Shown here piece by piece: positions 35,832 to 45,863 of a DNA stretch of 64,000 nt (position 1 is its first letter; every line of letters starts with the position of its first letter). The DNA lies in the IMG/VR virus record IMGVR_UViG_3300025101_000019, positions 64,001 through 128,000 of that record; one strand, 5' to 3'. The notes under the pieces are model-generated. The model was not told the DNA's origin. It saw only the letters and a list, made by a program, of their open reading frames with translations, and ran no database searches. Position numbers and translations under genes: made by a program. The DNA is from a virus.

Positions 35832-36461
35832 ATTTTGCTTTATTTTGAATTTTTTTAGTGGTTTTTCCCAAAAATCATAGATTTCATCCTTTTTATACCC
35901 AAATTTGATGTAATCGTTGTTGAATCGTTCCCAACATACTTGCCTTAAATGAGTTTCGTCAAAATCAATGGGTGGATATTCAGTTTTACCAATAAATGGT
36001 ACTTGAAAATCATCTGGCATAAACCACAATTCTTTTAAATCTTCTTTAATATTTTCTGCTCTGATAAGTAAATCTATTTGTTTTGATGTATTATTTACTA
36101 AATCCCATAGATTCCAACCTTGAATCCAATCTTCTGACATAGCTTGTAAACAAAGTATTGGTCCATTTGATGGGTCAATCATTTCGTGTCGTTCACCACC
36201 ATATCCATACTTCCAATAACTTAACCATCTATAATATGGGTGTCTAATACTTGCAATATGAATGTAATCATCACCTGCTTCTTCAGGCCAATTGTTTACA
36301 TGGGTAAAATCGGATGGATGTTCATCGGAAGGCCAATCGGGATTCAAATCACAATATTCTAAGAAAATATCTCGAACAGACCTTGACGCTACCTTAGCGG
36401 GAGCAGTCCATACGAATTTATACTTGTGACTTATGTTTGCACCTCTTTTTTGAAAATCCAT
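35817..36461 (-). CDS. sulfotransferase family 2-like protein
   Basis: 5'PSB-like PAKVASRS, 3'PB-like RHPYYRWLS, IRAEN, D...FGY. Confidence 0.7.
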   Translation of the reverse strand: MDFQKRGANISHKYKFVWTAPAKVASRSVRDIFLEYCDLNPDWPSDEHPSDFTHVNNWPEEAGDDYIHIASIRHPYYRWLSYWKYGYGGERHEMIDPSNGPILCLQAMSEDWIQGWNLWDLVNNTSKQIDLLIRAENIKEDLKELWFMPDDFQVPFIGKTEYPPIDFDETHLRQVCWERFNNDYIKFGYKKDEIYDFWEKPLKKFKIKQNLTIS

Positions 36462-37043
36462 TTACATTTCCGTATTGAAGAAGAAAGTCTGAAATAGTCT
36501 ACCATCGTATATGTCTCTACCAAAGTAGTCTAATGAAGCGTGAAAGTAATCACCTCTATAAATTACCAATCGATTGTATACATTCGCCAATCTATCAGTC
36601 ATTTCCCATTTTGTATAGTCTTGAGAGTCTTTGTATATTTCATCCATCAATTCTTTGTCAGGAGTTCCGTCTGCCTTATATGGATGACTGGTCAACCCAG
36701 TTGCCTTGTGTTTAAATAAACCCGTTCCTGCGCTTAATGGGGCGTTTGGTGTTAAATAACAAACACCTGCCCACCTTGTAGTGTTGTCTGCATGAATCCA
36801 AGTTCTGTCACCTTGTGTTGTATATTGATATGCTCCTGTATATTCGTCTCCCCAATCTGTAACTCTACCCCATTGTGGTGATATAACAGATTCGATAGTA
36901 TCTGTTATTGAGTCATTTAAAAATGGTATTGTTCTTTGACCTGGGTAATTACCTCGTACTCCGAAGTCTTGTGATAATGCGAATTGTCTTACTTCGTCAG
37001 GATTTGAGTAGAAGTTTTCAATAATGAATGCGTTTACTTCCAT
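36462..37043 (-). CDS. DUF6445-like 2OG-Fe(II) oxygenase
   Basis: NFYSNPDEVR, YPGQR, IHAD, YNRLVIY, FH, RLFQTFF. Confidence 0.75.
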   Translation of the reverse strand: MEVNAFIIENFYSNPDEVRQFALSQDFGVRGNYPGQRTIPFLNDSITDTIESVISPQWGRVTDWGDEYTGAYQYTTQGDRTWIHADNTTRWAGVCYLTPNAPLSAGTGLFKHKATGLTSHPYKADGTPDKELMDEIYKDSQDYTKWEMTDRLANVYNRLVIYRGDYFHASLDYFGRDIYDGRLFQTFFFNTEM

Positions 37044-37059
37044 AACTTGTTTATTAAAT

Positions 37060-37968
37060 TTATTTCATGTTTTTAGTTATACTATCGGGAGCGTTCTGAG
37101 CCACCCAATTGAATAACTTTGTTTTCCATACTTTTTCAGGTAATATTCCTTTACCCTCTCTTTTAACTGGCAGAGATAAGAATCCTTTTGCTATTCCTTC
37201 TACATTGTTTCCATCAGCATCTTTGTAAAATACCGTATGTTGTGGATTATTTAATATTACATCAACCCTACCATTTAGTCCATTTGGCATTGCCTTTGTT
37301 ACAAGACCCCAAACAGTATTTGCTGCACCTTCATGAGTTTTTAATAGAATATCCTCAGGCACCATTCGTTCTCTTTTTCTATTGTTATCAAGTGCGGTTA
37401 CATAATTAGTAAGAACCCATGTTAAGTGAATGTTTTTAGAGTTGTATCCAGCTTTTTTTAGTTGAGGAATTATACTTGTAATATCTGTAACATCCTTTGC
37501 CGTAATATCAAACATAATATTAGGAAGTGTTTCAGGATTATCTTTACCTACTAATAGTTTTTCTAATGAACTATCTTTGATACCCGTTGATTTTACTAAC
37601 TGATGTAATGCCCTAACATGGTCTGGTTTCTTTAATTGTAAGTTTCTTAACTGAAATCCTTGTGATTGAATGTTCCTAATGACTTCTATTTCTTTTGCTG
37701 GTATATTTTTACCATACTTGTTCAATACAGAATCAATATCTAATTTACCCATTCTATTTAGAATCTGAAGTTGTTTTTTCATTTTATCAACATCACGAAC
37801 TTTGAATGCGGTATTATCTATAAAATGTGAACCTGAGAATCCTTTACCACTACCTGCACCACCTGCCAAGAATACAACTTGACCATATGGTTTTCTATTA
37901 TTATATACAATTAACTTTTCGTCTAATTGTTCTTCTGTTAGTACCTCTAAAATAAAGTCTTTAATCAT
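37060..37968 (-). CDS. P-loop kinase (zeta-toxin/AAA_33-like)
   Basis: FLAGGAGSGKG, FDIT, NRKRERMVP. Confidence 0.7.
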   Translation of the reverse strand: MIKDFILEVLTEEQLDEKLIVYNNRKPYGQVVFLAGGAGSGKGFSGSHFIDNTAFKVRDVDKMKKQLQILNRMGKLDIDSVLNKYGKNIPAKEIEVIRNIQSQGFQLRNLQLKKPDHVRALHQLVKSTGIKDSSLEKLLVGKDNPETLPNIMFDITAKDVTDITSIIPQLKKAGYNSKNIHLTWVLTNYVTALDNNRKRERMVPEDILLKTHEGAANTVWGLVTKAMPNGLNGRVDVILNNPQHTVFYKDADGNNVEGIAKGFLSLPVKREGKGILPEKVWKTKLFNWVAQNAPDSITKNMK

Positions 37969-38182
37969 TTTTTCCCCTTAATGGAAATCGTTTACTACGA
38001 TTATCGTAATTTTCTTTTTGGTATGGAAACATACGATTCAATCTATCTTGGCGTTTTTTACACCCACAATCTTCTTTACCTGCGACCTCGGCAATCTTTT
38101 CAGCCAACTTGTCTAATTTAGTTGCTGATGTGATTTTCTTGATTGTATCACCGACACCTTTTGACTTTTCATTCCATTTCAT
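37961..38182 (-). CDS. hypothetical phage protein
   Basis: SKGVGDTI...DCGCKKRQDRLN motif. Confidence 0.6.
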   Translation of the reverse strand: MKWNEKSKGVGDTIKKITSATKLDKLAEKIAEVAGKEDCGCKKRQDRLNRMFPYQKENYDNRSKRFPLRGKND

Positions 38183-38405
38183 AAGTTTCGTCTATCTCTA
38201 CGCTGAATCCCTCTTTACGAAACAACTCGTATAAGTCTTCAACCATTATTATGTCCCCAGTATAAATATCACACTTTCCATTATTATGTACAATGTTTGC
38301 AACTGATTGCCCTTGCGTCATTGGAAAGGACAAGTATTTTCTCAAAACACTCACAACTTCGTCAAATGTATGAATGTCATCATCTAACAAATATAATTTA
38401 GCCAT
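38169..38405 (-). CDS. clpS: ClpS-like protease adaptor
   Basis: LLDDDIHTFDEV...VHNNGK. Confidence 0.75.
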   Translation of the reverse strand: MAKLYLLDDDIHTFDEVVSVLRKYLSFPMTQGQSVANIVHNNGKCDIYTGDIIMVEDLYELFRKEGFSVEIDETYEME

Positions 38406-38561
38406 GATTAAAGTTCATATTGAATAACTTGTTTAATATCATACTTTTGTTTAAATTTTTCAACATAAATTGGTACTTCTATTTCTGCTCCAATTGATGC
38501 TTCAACATTTACATCATCTTCAGTTTTTACATAAACTATACACTCTTCCTTAAACAAAGGG

Positions 38562-38774
38562 TCAAGTTTTTTTATTACTATTTTCATTGGGTCTCTCCAA
38601 CATCTCTATAAGGTCTTTAATATGTTGACATTTCATATAGTCCTCTTCGGCAATATAAAACGACATCATCTTTTCTAACAATCGTTTTTTAGTAGATAAA
38701 TCGATAAAAGTAGGGTTGTACAACATAATGTCGTAAACCTCATCCATCGCTTTAACTTCATATTCTTCTGCCAT
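38562..38774 (-). CDS. hypothetical protein with UVR-like C-terminus
   Basis: EEDYMKCQHIKD. Confidence 0.5.
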   Translation of the reverse strand: MAEEYEVKAMDEVYDIMLYNPTFIDLSTKKRLLEKMMSFYIAEEDYMKCQHIKDLIEMLERPNENSNKKT

Positions 38775-38800
38775 AAATATAGTTTGGAAAGTTAATAAAA

Positions 38801-39184
38801 CTAAAATTTGGACATAGCTTCGGAGAAAATCCACCCCAAAACACCAATGAGACCACTAAATAGTACCCAAAGTGCCTTAACTACACCACTTTTCCAATCT
38901 TGAAGTTTAGATAATTCTAACTTTAATTCAAGAAGTTCTTCAGGAGTTGTCTCTGAATCTCGTCTAAATGCCGTATTCTTATTGACTCTGACAATCACAC
39001 CATTCTCAGGATTAAGTAAAGTATACTTAATATCCGAAAAATCTTCTTTTAGTTCGTGTTGAAAGTCTTTCATCTCTTGAAAGTTCTGTTCCATTCTCTT
39101 TAGCTCCCCGTTAGGTAACTTCTTTTTCATAGTACCTAACTCGGATAGAATGTTTTCTAAAATGTCTTTTTGTGTAGATGCCAT
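38801..39184 (-). CDS. coiled-coil protein with C-terminal TM anchor
   Basis: Heptad repeats and a hydrophobic tail. Confidence 0.6.
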   Translation of the reverse strand: MASTQKDILENILSELGTMKKKLPNGELKRMEQNFQEMKDFQHELKEDFSDIKYTLLNPENGVIVRVNKNTAFRRDSETTPEELLELKLELSKLQDWKSGVVKALWVLFSGLIGVLGWIFSEAMSKF

Positions 39185-39205
39185 ATTACAAATCCTAAGT
39201 TTTGA

Positions 39206-39934
39206 TTATAAATATGGAGTCTTGTACCAAATCGCAGACTTACTATTTGATTTTTCGTGTTCAGGTCTATCTTTTGTAAAATAATACAATGCGAATGAGT
39301 ATCTTGATATATCATCTGGACAAACTAATGGAGTTGGGTGTCCATGAATTGAGTCATCTGTTGTGTTAAATATCACTGCTCTATTGAATGTTGGTAGTAC
39401 AGATTTTACTTTAACCAATCCCTCTTTTTCACATAAATCTAAGTGACCATTATAATTCCAATTTGGAGTAAGATATAGTAGTAAGTTAATTCTTCGCCAC
39501 ATATCTTGAGTTGGGTGTTTGTTGTAATCTGAATGTAGTTCTAATCTACCACCATTTTTGATTCTATGAATACCACCACCCTCATAGTCCACATCTGCGA
39601 TTAATCCTTCTATGCCTGTTAACTTCTCTAAGAACATTAAAAATTGTCTTGAGTTAAAGTATTCAAGACACTTCCACACTGCGGGCATATCCGTTTCTAA
39701 TCGATTCTTAGACTCTGTATCATATGGAGTCCAAAACTTACTTACTTGTGAGTTTCTTTCGTCTTCAGGATATCCCATCATATCATCCCACTGCCAATCT
39801 GTATGATTTGACATTTCATTATAACATTGAAGTGCCATATCGGTTGGTAAGAAATCGTCAAATATAATATGTGGAAATGGATTTGCTAATGAATAATTTG
39901 ATTTACATCCATCAGCTAATGATGTGTTTATCAT
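39206..39934 (-). CDS. 2OG-Fe(II) oxygenase (prolyl-hydroxylase-like)
   Basis: PFPH, GGGIH, LHSD, RRINLLLYL, PTFNR, HG, RYS. Confidence 0.85.
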   Translation of the reverse strand: MINTSLADGCKSNYSLANPFPHIIFDDFLPTDMALQCYNEMSNHTDWQWDDMMGYPEDERNSQVSKFWTPYDTESKNRLETDMPAVWKCLEYFNSRQFLMFLEKLTGIEGLIADVDYEGGGIHRIKNGGRLELHSDYNKHPTQDMWRRINLLLYLTPNWNYNGHLDLCEKEGLVKVKSVLPTFNRAVIFNTTDDSIHGHPTPLVCPDDISRYSFALYYFTKDRPEHEKSNSKSAIWYKTPYL

Positions 39935-40500
39935 AACATAGTTTTAAATTGGTCTTCTATATATTCTTCTATGACCTCTTTCTTTTGGTCTGAGGATAGA
40001 TGTTCTACTGCAAGTACTGATTTGATTCTAACATCAGGATACTTTCTTTGAAGTCTTTGTACTGCCTTTACATTCTTAAGTGAGTCATCCATGAATGCGA
40101 TATCAGTATATCCTTTTTCTATGTGTTTTTCAATCCAATCTGCCTTGTCTTTAGGATTATTACTTCCCAATGTTACAGGATACACATTCATTCCATATGT
40201 ATCTTTAAAAAACTTTCTGATTGGGAATCCTAACTTTCTTGCAGTTAATATTGTTACCTTTTTGTTTGGATTCGATAACATTTGTTGTAATAATTTGAAG
40301 TTCTTTCTAATCACTTTAGGATTATTCAACATACTATTGAAATCTTTAAAATCAAATGTATCACCACTTTTTTCGTTATATTTTGCGTATTCGGCAGGAC
40401 TCAATGTAGTTTCTGTACCATCTTTATGTGTAACATAAATGTATGCGGTACTCTTTGCGAGTGTATCGTCAAAGTCAAAAACTCTTAAAATTCTTCCCAT
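39931..40500 (-). CDS. HAD-superfamily hydrolase
   Basis: FDFDDTL, ILTAR, K, FMDDS. Confidence 0.8.
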   Translation of the reverse strand: MGRILRVFDFDDTLAKSTAYIYVTHKDGTETTLSPAEYAKYNEKSGDTFDFKDFNSMLNNPKVIRKNFKLLQQMLSNPNKKVTILTARKLGFPIRKFFKDTYGMNVYPVTLGSNNPKDKADWIEKHIEKGYTDIAFMDDSLKNVKAVQRLQRKYPDVRIKSVLAVEHLSSDQKKEVIEEYIEDQFKTML

Positions 40501-40516
40501 AATTTTACCTTTTACA

Positions 40517-40548
40517 CTAATATACGAAAAATATACGACTTATCCAAG
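40517..40548 (-). promoter_or_regulatory. Bacteroidota-type promoter
   Basis: CTTGG-N19-TATATTAG. Confidence 0.7.
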
Positions 40549-40866
40549 TTTTCTCGCGATAAAATTCATATCCACTTGAATTGCGTATCCAGCACCTTCA
40601 TAATTATCAAATGGTACAAACTTTAAAGGTTTCATTCTTTTCATAGCAAATATTGCCAATTGTTTACAGATATCTCTTTTTGTTGTATCACCGAGTTTAT
40701 CTATTGCGTCTAAGTCCTTAGATGTCTTGGCCATAAAGACGATAGTATTACCACCACTTGTAGGTGTCATTACCTTAAATTCAGGATATTCACTTGGTAA
40801 ATCTGAATTTTTATCAGTAGATGTTAATACTACTTTACCTTCGTCTAATAAATCTTTTAATTTCAT
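40540..40866 (-). CDS. hypothetical protein
   Basis: MKLKDLL.E start recalled from large-phage virion-associated proteins. Confidence 0.55.
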   Translation of the reverse strand: MKLKDLLDEGKVVLTSTDKNSDLPSEYPEFKVMTPTSGGNTIVFMAKTSKDLDAIDKLGDTTKRDICKQLAIFAMKRMKPLKFVPFDNYEGAGYAIQVDMNFIARKLG

Positions 40867-40875
40867 AATTTCCGT

Positions 40876-41064
40876 TTATTTTGTTACAAGTATTTGAATT
40901 GCGTATATAATCAATGCAGATGCCAATAATTTCATTACGGGGTCTTTACTTACAACTTTTTCTACTGCAGTTTCTTGACAACAAGAATCTGATACAGGTT
41001 TTGTACTACCACACCCAACTAATAATATTGAACTTAAAGCTATTGCTAACATCTTCTTTTTCAT
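40876..41064 (-). CDS. small lipoprotein with C-terminal hydrophobic segment
   Basis: Lipobox LVGC, C-terminal TM. Confidence 0.55.
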   Translation of the reverse strand: MKKKMLAIALSSILLVGCGSTKPVSDSCCQETAVEKVVSKDPVMKLLASALIIYAIQILVTK

Positions 41065-41072
41065 TTGTATCC

Positions 41073-41849
41073 CTATTTTATTCTAAATGGTATATCGTGC
41101 TCTTTCCAAAACTTATTAAGTGTAGTTTTTAAATCCTTAACTAACTTCATTGACTTCTTTTTATTCTCAGGTGTATTTGTATCTAATCTTCCTTGTGGAA
41201 TAATTCCGCTGATATAGTTAGTTACAGGAAATACACCTACTTCATTAATTTCAGTTTCTTCTAATGGTCTATCATCAACTTCATCTGCAATACATCTACC
41301 ATCCATTGTTACATTTCCAGAACATGGATTCCCAAGGTTATCATAAAAGATTTCTTGGAGTTTAGTAATTTTATTGGTTTTTTTCCAATTGTCTCTATCA
41401 AAAACTAAATTGTCTTTGACCATCATAACCATTAATGCTCTACCAAACTTCTTAGTATCTGTAATTCGTGTAAACGATGGTGCGTTCTTTTTTGCCCAAT
41501 TGTACCATAATCCTGATAATATCTTGAACATTTTACTTGAATCACCATTTGCTTTTAAAAGTTCTTTTTTGAATAACCCTCGTTTTCTATATGCATACTT
41601 CTTAAAATCCATATAGGTAAACTCATTTGGAGTATCCATAGGGAATGGAACACCTTCTTGTAAATCTACTTGAACCATCTCGTCAACTACCATTCTATAT
41701 TTAAGTAATGGTCTTCCGTTGATAGTGATGTCTCCCTTTTCGTTTTTACCAATAGATTTTACTACGATTCGTTTGTTTTTAAACTTACCGCCTAATACTG
41801 TATCACCTACTTTTATTGGTATTACTATATTTTCAAAAAGTGTGTTCAT
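41073..41849 (-). CDS. hypothetical phage protein
   Basis: IKVGDTVLGGKFKNK...INGR N-terminal module. Confidence 0.6.
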   Translation of the reverse strand: MNTLFENIVIPIKVGDTVLGGKFKNKRIVVKSIGKNEKGDITINGRPLLKYRMVVDEMVQVDLQEGVPFPMDTPNEFTYMDFKKYAYRKRGLFKKELLKANGDSSKMFKILSGLWYNWAKKNAPSFTRITDTKKFGRALMVMMVKDNLVFDRDNWKKTNKITKLQEIFYDNLGNPCSGNVTMDGRCIADEVDDRPLEETEINEVGVFPVTNYISGIIPQGRLDTNTPENKKKSMKLVKDLKTTLNKFWKEHDIPFRIK

Positions 41850-41855
41850 ATTCTT

Positions 41856-42218
41856 TTATTTTTTAGTTGTGTTTTGAAACTTAAACTTCTCACCTGTAAT
41901 AGATAACTTATCTATAACTTCAGTTTGAATGTCTCTCAATAGTTTCTCTAACTTGTCTTTTTCGACAACCATACCAGATACTTTATCTTCTAATGCTTCA
42001 TTCTTCGCTTTTAATGCTTCTACCTCTTCAGGATTCTTACCTATAAAAGTATAGATAACAACTGAAAGTGAACCAACTAACATACCGACAATCACTTTGA
42101 ATATATCGTTATTAGTTTCAGGTATCTCAAAAAATGCTAAAAATAATAGAAGTCCCATAACAAGTAAAAATACTGTTGCTGCTCCTATGTATCCTCTTAG
42201 TTCTTTATCTTTAAACAT
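41856..42218 (-). CDS. two-TM protein with coiled-coil tail
   Basis: Hydrophobicity pattern. Confidence 0.6.
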   Translation of the reverse strand: MFKDKELRGYIGAATVFLLVMGLLLFLAFFEIPETNNDIFKVIVGMLVGSLSVVIYTFIGKNPEEVEALKAKNEALEDKVSGMVVEKDKLEKLLRDIQTEVIDKLSITGEKFKFQNTTKK

Positions 42219-42231
42219 AGCTCCTCTTTTC

Positions 42232-42879
42232 TTAAACTCTTTTCGTTTTCTTTAAATAATTAAACATTTCATAACCCAATTTCATTCCAAACTTCGAATC
42301 ACTTGGATAATGTGCTCTACCAATATTTCTGCTATCAGATATATCTCTACCTAAACTCATCAAATTGTATTGATGTTGAGGGTACATATCTGATAGTAGT
42401 TTCCCTATAAGTATTCCTTGTGTTGAATGCCCACTTGGATACGATGGTGTCTTCATAGAGTCCATCATAGATTCTTTTCCAATATTTACATTTACTAATG
42501 GATGGTCAACTACTTGATATGGTCTTGGTCTATTATAATGATATTTAAGCTTCATAATAATAATAGAACTATCATCTAATAGTTTTTCCACCAAAGCTTC
42601 TGGAAAATCTAATCCTACTGTTTTTAAATACTTTTTAAATACTTTATCCACATCATCCATTTCTTTTACAAATTCAGGATTCTGTGGTAATTTTGCTAAT
42701 TCTTCTAATTCTATTCGAGTGTTTGATGACGCATTACAATGAGGTGGATTTCCCATATAGTTTTTGATTGGAAAATCTTGGAGTAAGGATGGGGTTCTTT
42801 TCATTTTATCCAGATGTTTTGGTTTTATCTCATCTGTATAACCCATTTGTTTTAAACTGAGTATATCTGATAGTTTCAT
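42232..42879 (-). CDS. PAP2-family phosphatase
   Basis: KYHYNRPRP, PSYPSGH, SRNIGRAHYPSD. Confidence 0.88.
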   Translation of the reverse strand: MKLSDILSLKQMGYTDEIKPKHLDKMKRTPSLLQDFPIKNYMGNPPHCNASSNTRIELEELAKLPQNPEFVKEMDDVDKVFKKYLKTVGLDFPEALVEKLLDDSSIIIMKLKYHYNRPRPYQVVDHPLVNVNIGKESMMDSMKTPSYPSGHSTQGILIGKLLSDMYPQHQYNLMSLGRDISDSRNIGRAHYPSDSKFGMKLGYEMFNYLKKTKRV

Positions 42880-43010
42880 TTTCCTTGTCCGCGGTATTTC
42901 TTTTTGTAATGTTTACTCCCCTTACTTCTTGAATGTTTAGTCTTGGAATGTACTCCAGGTCTCTTCTTACGATGACTTGTTATGTGATTTGTAACTAACC
43001 CTCTTGCCAT
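42876..43010 (-). CDS. 44-aa highly basic protein ending KKYRGQGK
   Basis: Hand-translated MARGLVTNHITSHRKKRPGVHSKTKHSRSKGSKHYKKKYRGQGK; ATGA overlap with the next gene. Confidence 0.65.
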   Translation of the reverse strand: MARGLVTNHITSHRKKRPGVHSKTKHSRSKGSKHYKKKYRGQGK

Positions 43011-43022
43011 TTTATAACCCTA

Positions 43023-43430
43023 TTAAAACTGAGATGACTTTTTAAGTTCATCAATAGTTTCTTGTAACTCATCTAAATCAACAGGACATACTAAATCCAA
43101 TCCTGCTTTGAATGTCGATTCTTTTATACCATCTTTAAAAATAAAGATAGTTGGCGCCATTCTCACTCTATAATCTTTTTTTGCGTTTGGTGCTTTTGCA
43201 ATATCAACTCTGTAATAATGAGTGATACCTTTAACTTTATCCCAATCTTGGAATGCGTTTGCTTCGTTAAACTTTGCCCAAAACTCGACAACTATTATTG
43301 AGGTCTCATCATCACCAAATGCTGATTTTTCGTGTATTGCTTCATCGAACTTTGCATCATCTATATAATCTTGACCGAAAACACTACTATAACCTAATAA
43401 TAATATTGTCAAAAACAAATATTTTTTCAT
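43023..43430 (-). CDS. exported thioredoxin-fold protein lacking CxxC
   Basis: Signal peptide, VVEFWAKF, YRVRMAPTIFIFKDG; no active-site cysteines. Confidence 0.7.
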   Translation of the reverse strand: MKKYLFLTILLLGYSSVFGQDYIDDAKFDEAIHEKSAFGDDETSIIVVEFWAKFNEANAFQDWDKVKGITHYYRVDIAKAPNAKKDYRVRMAPTIFIFKDGIKESTFKAGLDLVCPVDLDELQETIDELKKSSQF

Positions 43431-43445
43431 AATTACCTATTTTTA

Positions 43446-44006
43446 TTAATCTATTAAATAGCCATAAGGTGTATCGTCAACATCCAAACCTATTGGAAAG
43501 TTTTCTAACCTCATAGAAACAGTCATATTAGATTGTATGTAAGGGTTGTAAAACTCCCCTTCAGCGGTTAAACATATTAAACCACTATGTTGACCACCTA
43601 ATTGTCCTGCGTCTTGAACTATTACCTCATTCCAAACAACATACTCTTGGTCACCTGGTATTTCAACACCTGCGAATTTATCATCAGGGTTTAACCAAGT
43701 GTAAGTACCAATATCTAATAACTCACCATCATCAATTGCATCTGAATCTAAACAATATAATGCAAAGTGTTGTCTGTCTAATCTAATTTCCCCATCATCT
43801 ACTTGTAGGTAAAGGATAAATATCTTTCTTAATTTACCATCTACCCATTTTGAACCACCATATGATTTTACTTGAGCGTATCTCTCATAAGGGTCAAATG
43901 AATCTCCATTTAAACTAATTTCAAAAACAGGAACTAAAGGTTCAACCTCTTCCTTTTCACATCCTAAAATTAAAAATAAACTTAAAAATAATAATATCTT
44001 TTTCAT
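43446..44006 (-). CDS. lipoprotein
   Basis: MKKILLFLSLFLILGC followed by acidic EKEE. Confidence 0.65.
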   Translation of the reverse strand: MKKILLFLSLFLILGCEKEEVEPLVPVFEISLNGDSFDPYERYAQVKSYGGSKWVDGKLRKIFILYLQVDDGEIRLDRQHFALYCLDSDAIDDGELLDIGTYTWLNPDDKFAGVEIPGDQEYVVWNEVIVQDAGQLGGQHSGLICLTAEGEFYNPYIQSNMTVSMRLENFPIGLDVDDTPYGYLID

Positions 44007-44010
44007 AATC

Positions 44011-44295
44011 TTATCTACCTTTTTGTATCTCGTACAATCTTTCATCAATTTTATCAAGTTGGTCTCTTATCGCATCCACATCATCTTGAGTGTCCATAAT
44101 TGTCTGGCGAATTAATTCGTCCTTTAAATCATACTCAATTCTGTCTATCTCAGGTAAAGGTAATTCCTTTGCTTCCTGAATATCCCCTTGTAGTGTAAAC
44201 CACATACCTACAACAGTTGCAACAAAGAATAAAATAATTCCTATTGTTTTTAAATCAAGTGTGATTTTTGTTTCTTCTGATACCTGCTTTGCCAT
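44011..44295 (-). CDS. single-TM protein with coiled-coil
   Basis: TM at about residues 17-33, helical tail. Confidence 0.6.
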   Translation of the reverse strand: MAKQVSEETKITLDLKTIGIILFFVATVVGMWFTLQGDIQEAKELPLPEIDRIEYDLKDELIRQTIMDTQDDVDAIRDQLDKIDERLYEIQKGR

Positions 44296-44309
44296 GACTC
44301 CCTTTTGTC

Positions 44310-45545
44310 TTATCTAAATGTGTAATTAAATCCGAATGTACTATAAAAGAATTCACTAGCCCACATCTTAGTATATTCACCTTCGACAAATATACCGAAA
44401 CTTTTGCTCAACTTCCAACCAATGCTTCCGCCGAACTGATAGTCATCCCATTGTTCAAATTCAGAATCTTGTCTCAATCCACCTTTACCCCAGTTGTTCC
44501 TGTTACCATAGTTGAAATCACCATCACCCATTACATATGAGTGGTAAGGTAATAACCAATTTGCGTATGCATGAGCCCAAAACTTTGGAGTGTAGTGATA
44601 GAAATCAACTCCAACGATTGGCGATACTAAACCAAATTCTCCGATTTCATCCCATATTTCATTGTTGTAATCGTTAATAAGGTCTCTAAATACACCATCT
44701 CTAAATTCTAAATCCGAATCTGCTACTCTGTTACCATCTGGGTCTAACCAAAAATAATCAAAACTACTTTGGTCATTACCATCTTGGTCTGTCCATGTAG
44801 ATTCATACCATTGGTCTGTATATCCTCTGTCATATCCTAAAGTATACCAATAGTTTGCAATACTACCATCTGGATTAGTTTCATTCACCCAAATTTCAAA
44901 CGGGTTATATCCATATGCTCTCTGATGAGTTCTGAAGATTGCACCTGCTGATAATGAGAATTTCTTACCGATTGGTAATCTTGCTCTTACTTCTGCTGAT
45001 TTGTATTCAAAATCAAATGCACCTTGTTTTCTACTTTCGATTTTTGCTATGTGATATTTACCTGTATGTCTAAGGAAGTATCTACTATTTGTCCATACTT
45101 CACCTCTTTGGCGTTCTTTTTCCCAATGAAATAAGTATTCGAATCCTTTTACTGCCGAAGTTGGTGCGGATAATGCAATTTGTCTTTCTCTATCTGCATT
45201 ACCTGTCCAAAAGTTACCTGGCTTTCTTTCGTAATCAAATCTTGCAAGTTTTCTGATACCTAATCCGATTCTGTAATCAAATGGATTGTACTCAGTAACT
45301 TCTACGATTTGTGGAATATCGAATATGTTTCCACTTTGGTTTGTTCTTACAAAATACTCTCTACGAGATGGTTCGTATGAATTACGAATATCACCTGCTG
45401 CGTAAACAGTACCATATTTTAAGAAATCTTGGTAAAATTCCTTAATAATATTTGTTTTTTTCTTTTCTTTCTTCTCTTCTTGTGCATTTACACTCATTGG
45501 TGCAAACATTAAGAAAATCATGAATAATGATAATAAATTTTTCAT
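44310..45545 (-). CDS. putative outer-membrane beta-barrel protein
   Basis: Signal peptide ending VNAQ, alternating aromatic strands, C-terminal FGFNYTFR beta-signal. Confidence 0.65.
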   Translation of the reverse strand: MKNLLSLFMIFLMFAPMSVNAQEEKKEKKKTNIIKEFYQDFLKYGTVYAAGDIRNSYEPSRREYFVRTNQSGNIFDIPQIVEVTEYNPFDYRIGLGIRKLARFDYERKPGNFWTGNADRERQIALSAPTSAVKGFEYLFHWEKERQRGEVWTNSRYFLRHTGKYHIAKIESRKQGAFDFEYKSAEVRARLPIGKKFSLSAGAIFRTHQRAYGYNPFEIWVNETNPDGSIANYWYTLGYDRGYTDQWYESTWTDQDGNDQSSFDYFWLDPDGNRVADSDLEFRDGVFRDLINDYNNEIWDEIGEFGLVSPIVGVDFYHYTPKFWAHAYANWLLPYHSYVMGDGDFNYGNRNNWGKGGLRQDSEFEQWDDYQFGGSIGWKLSKSFGIFVEGEYTKMWASEFFYSTFGFNYTFR

Positions 45546-45564
45546 TGTGGTATGTTTCCCCTCT

Positions 45565-45813
45565 TTACTTTTTAGCAAATTTTTCTAACCCTGCGATACC
45601 AAAACAACCAAGAGTTATATATACGAATGAGTTGTATATAAATTCATTGATTATTAAATCTTTTCCAAAGTATCCAGTTCCCAAGTCAACGATTGCAAAT
45701 AGTGTCATGACTGCAAAGCTCATAAACCCTATAACATTTTTTTCGTTAATGTCGTTGTTGTCCTTAAATATGTTTTTAAATGCCATCCATTTTCTCCCAA
45801 TATATTTAAACAT
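45565..45813 (-). CDS. holin-like two-TM protein
   Basis: 82 aa, two TMs, basic C-terminus, adjacent to the amidase. Confidence 0.5.
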   Translation of the reverse strand: MFKYIGRKWMAFKNIFKDNNDINEKNVIGFMSFAVMTLFAIVDLGTGYFGKDLIINEFIYNSFVYITLGCFGIAGLEKFAKK

Positions 45814-45863
45814 AACTTCTAATCCTTTTTGTTAACTGATTACTCATATAAATAGTTTCTTTC

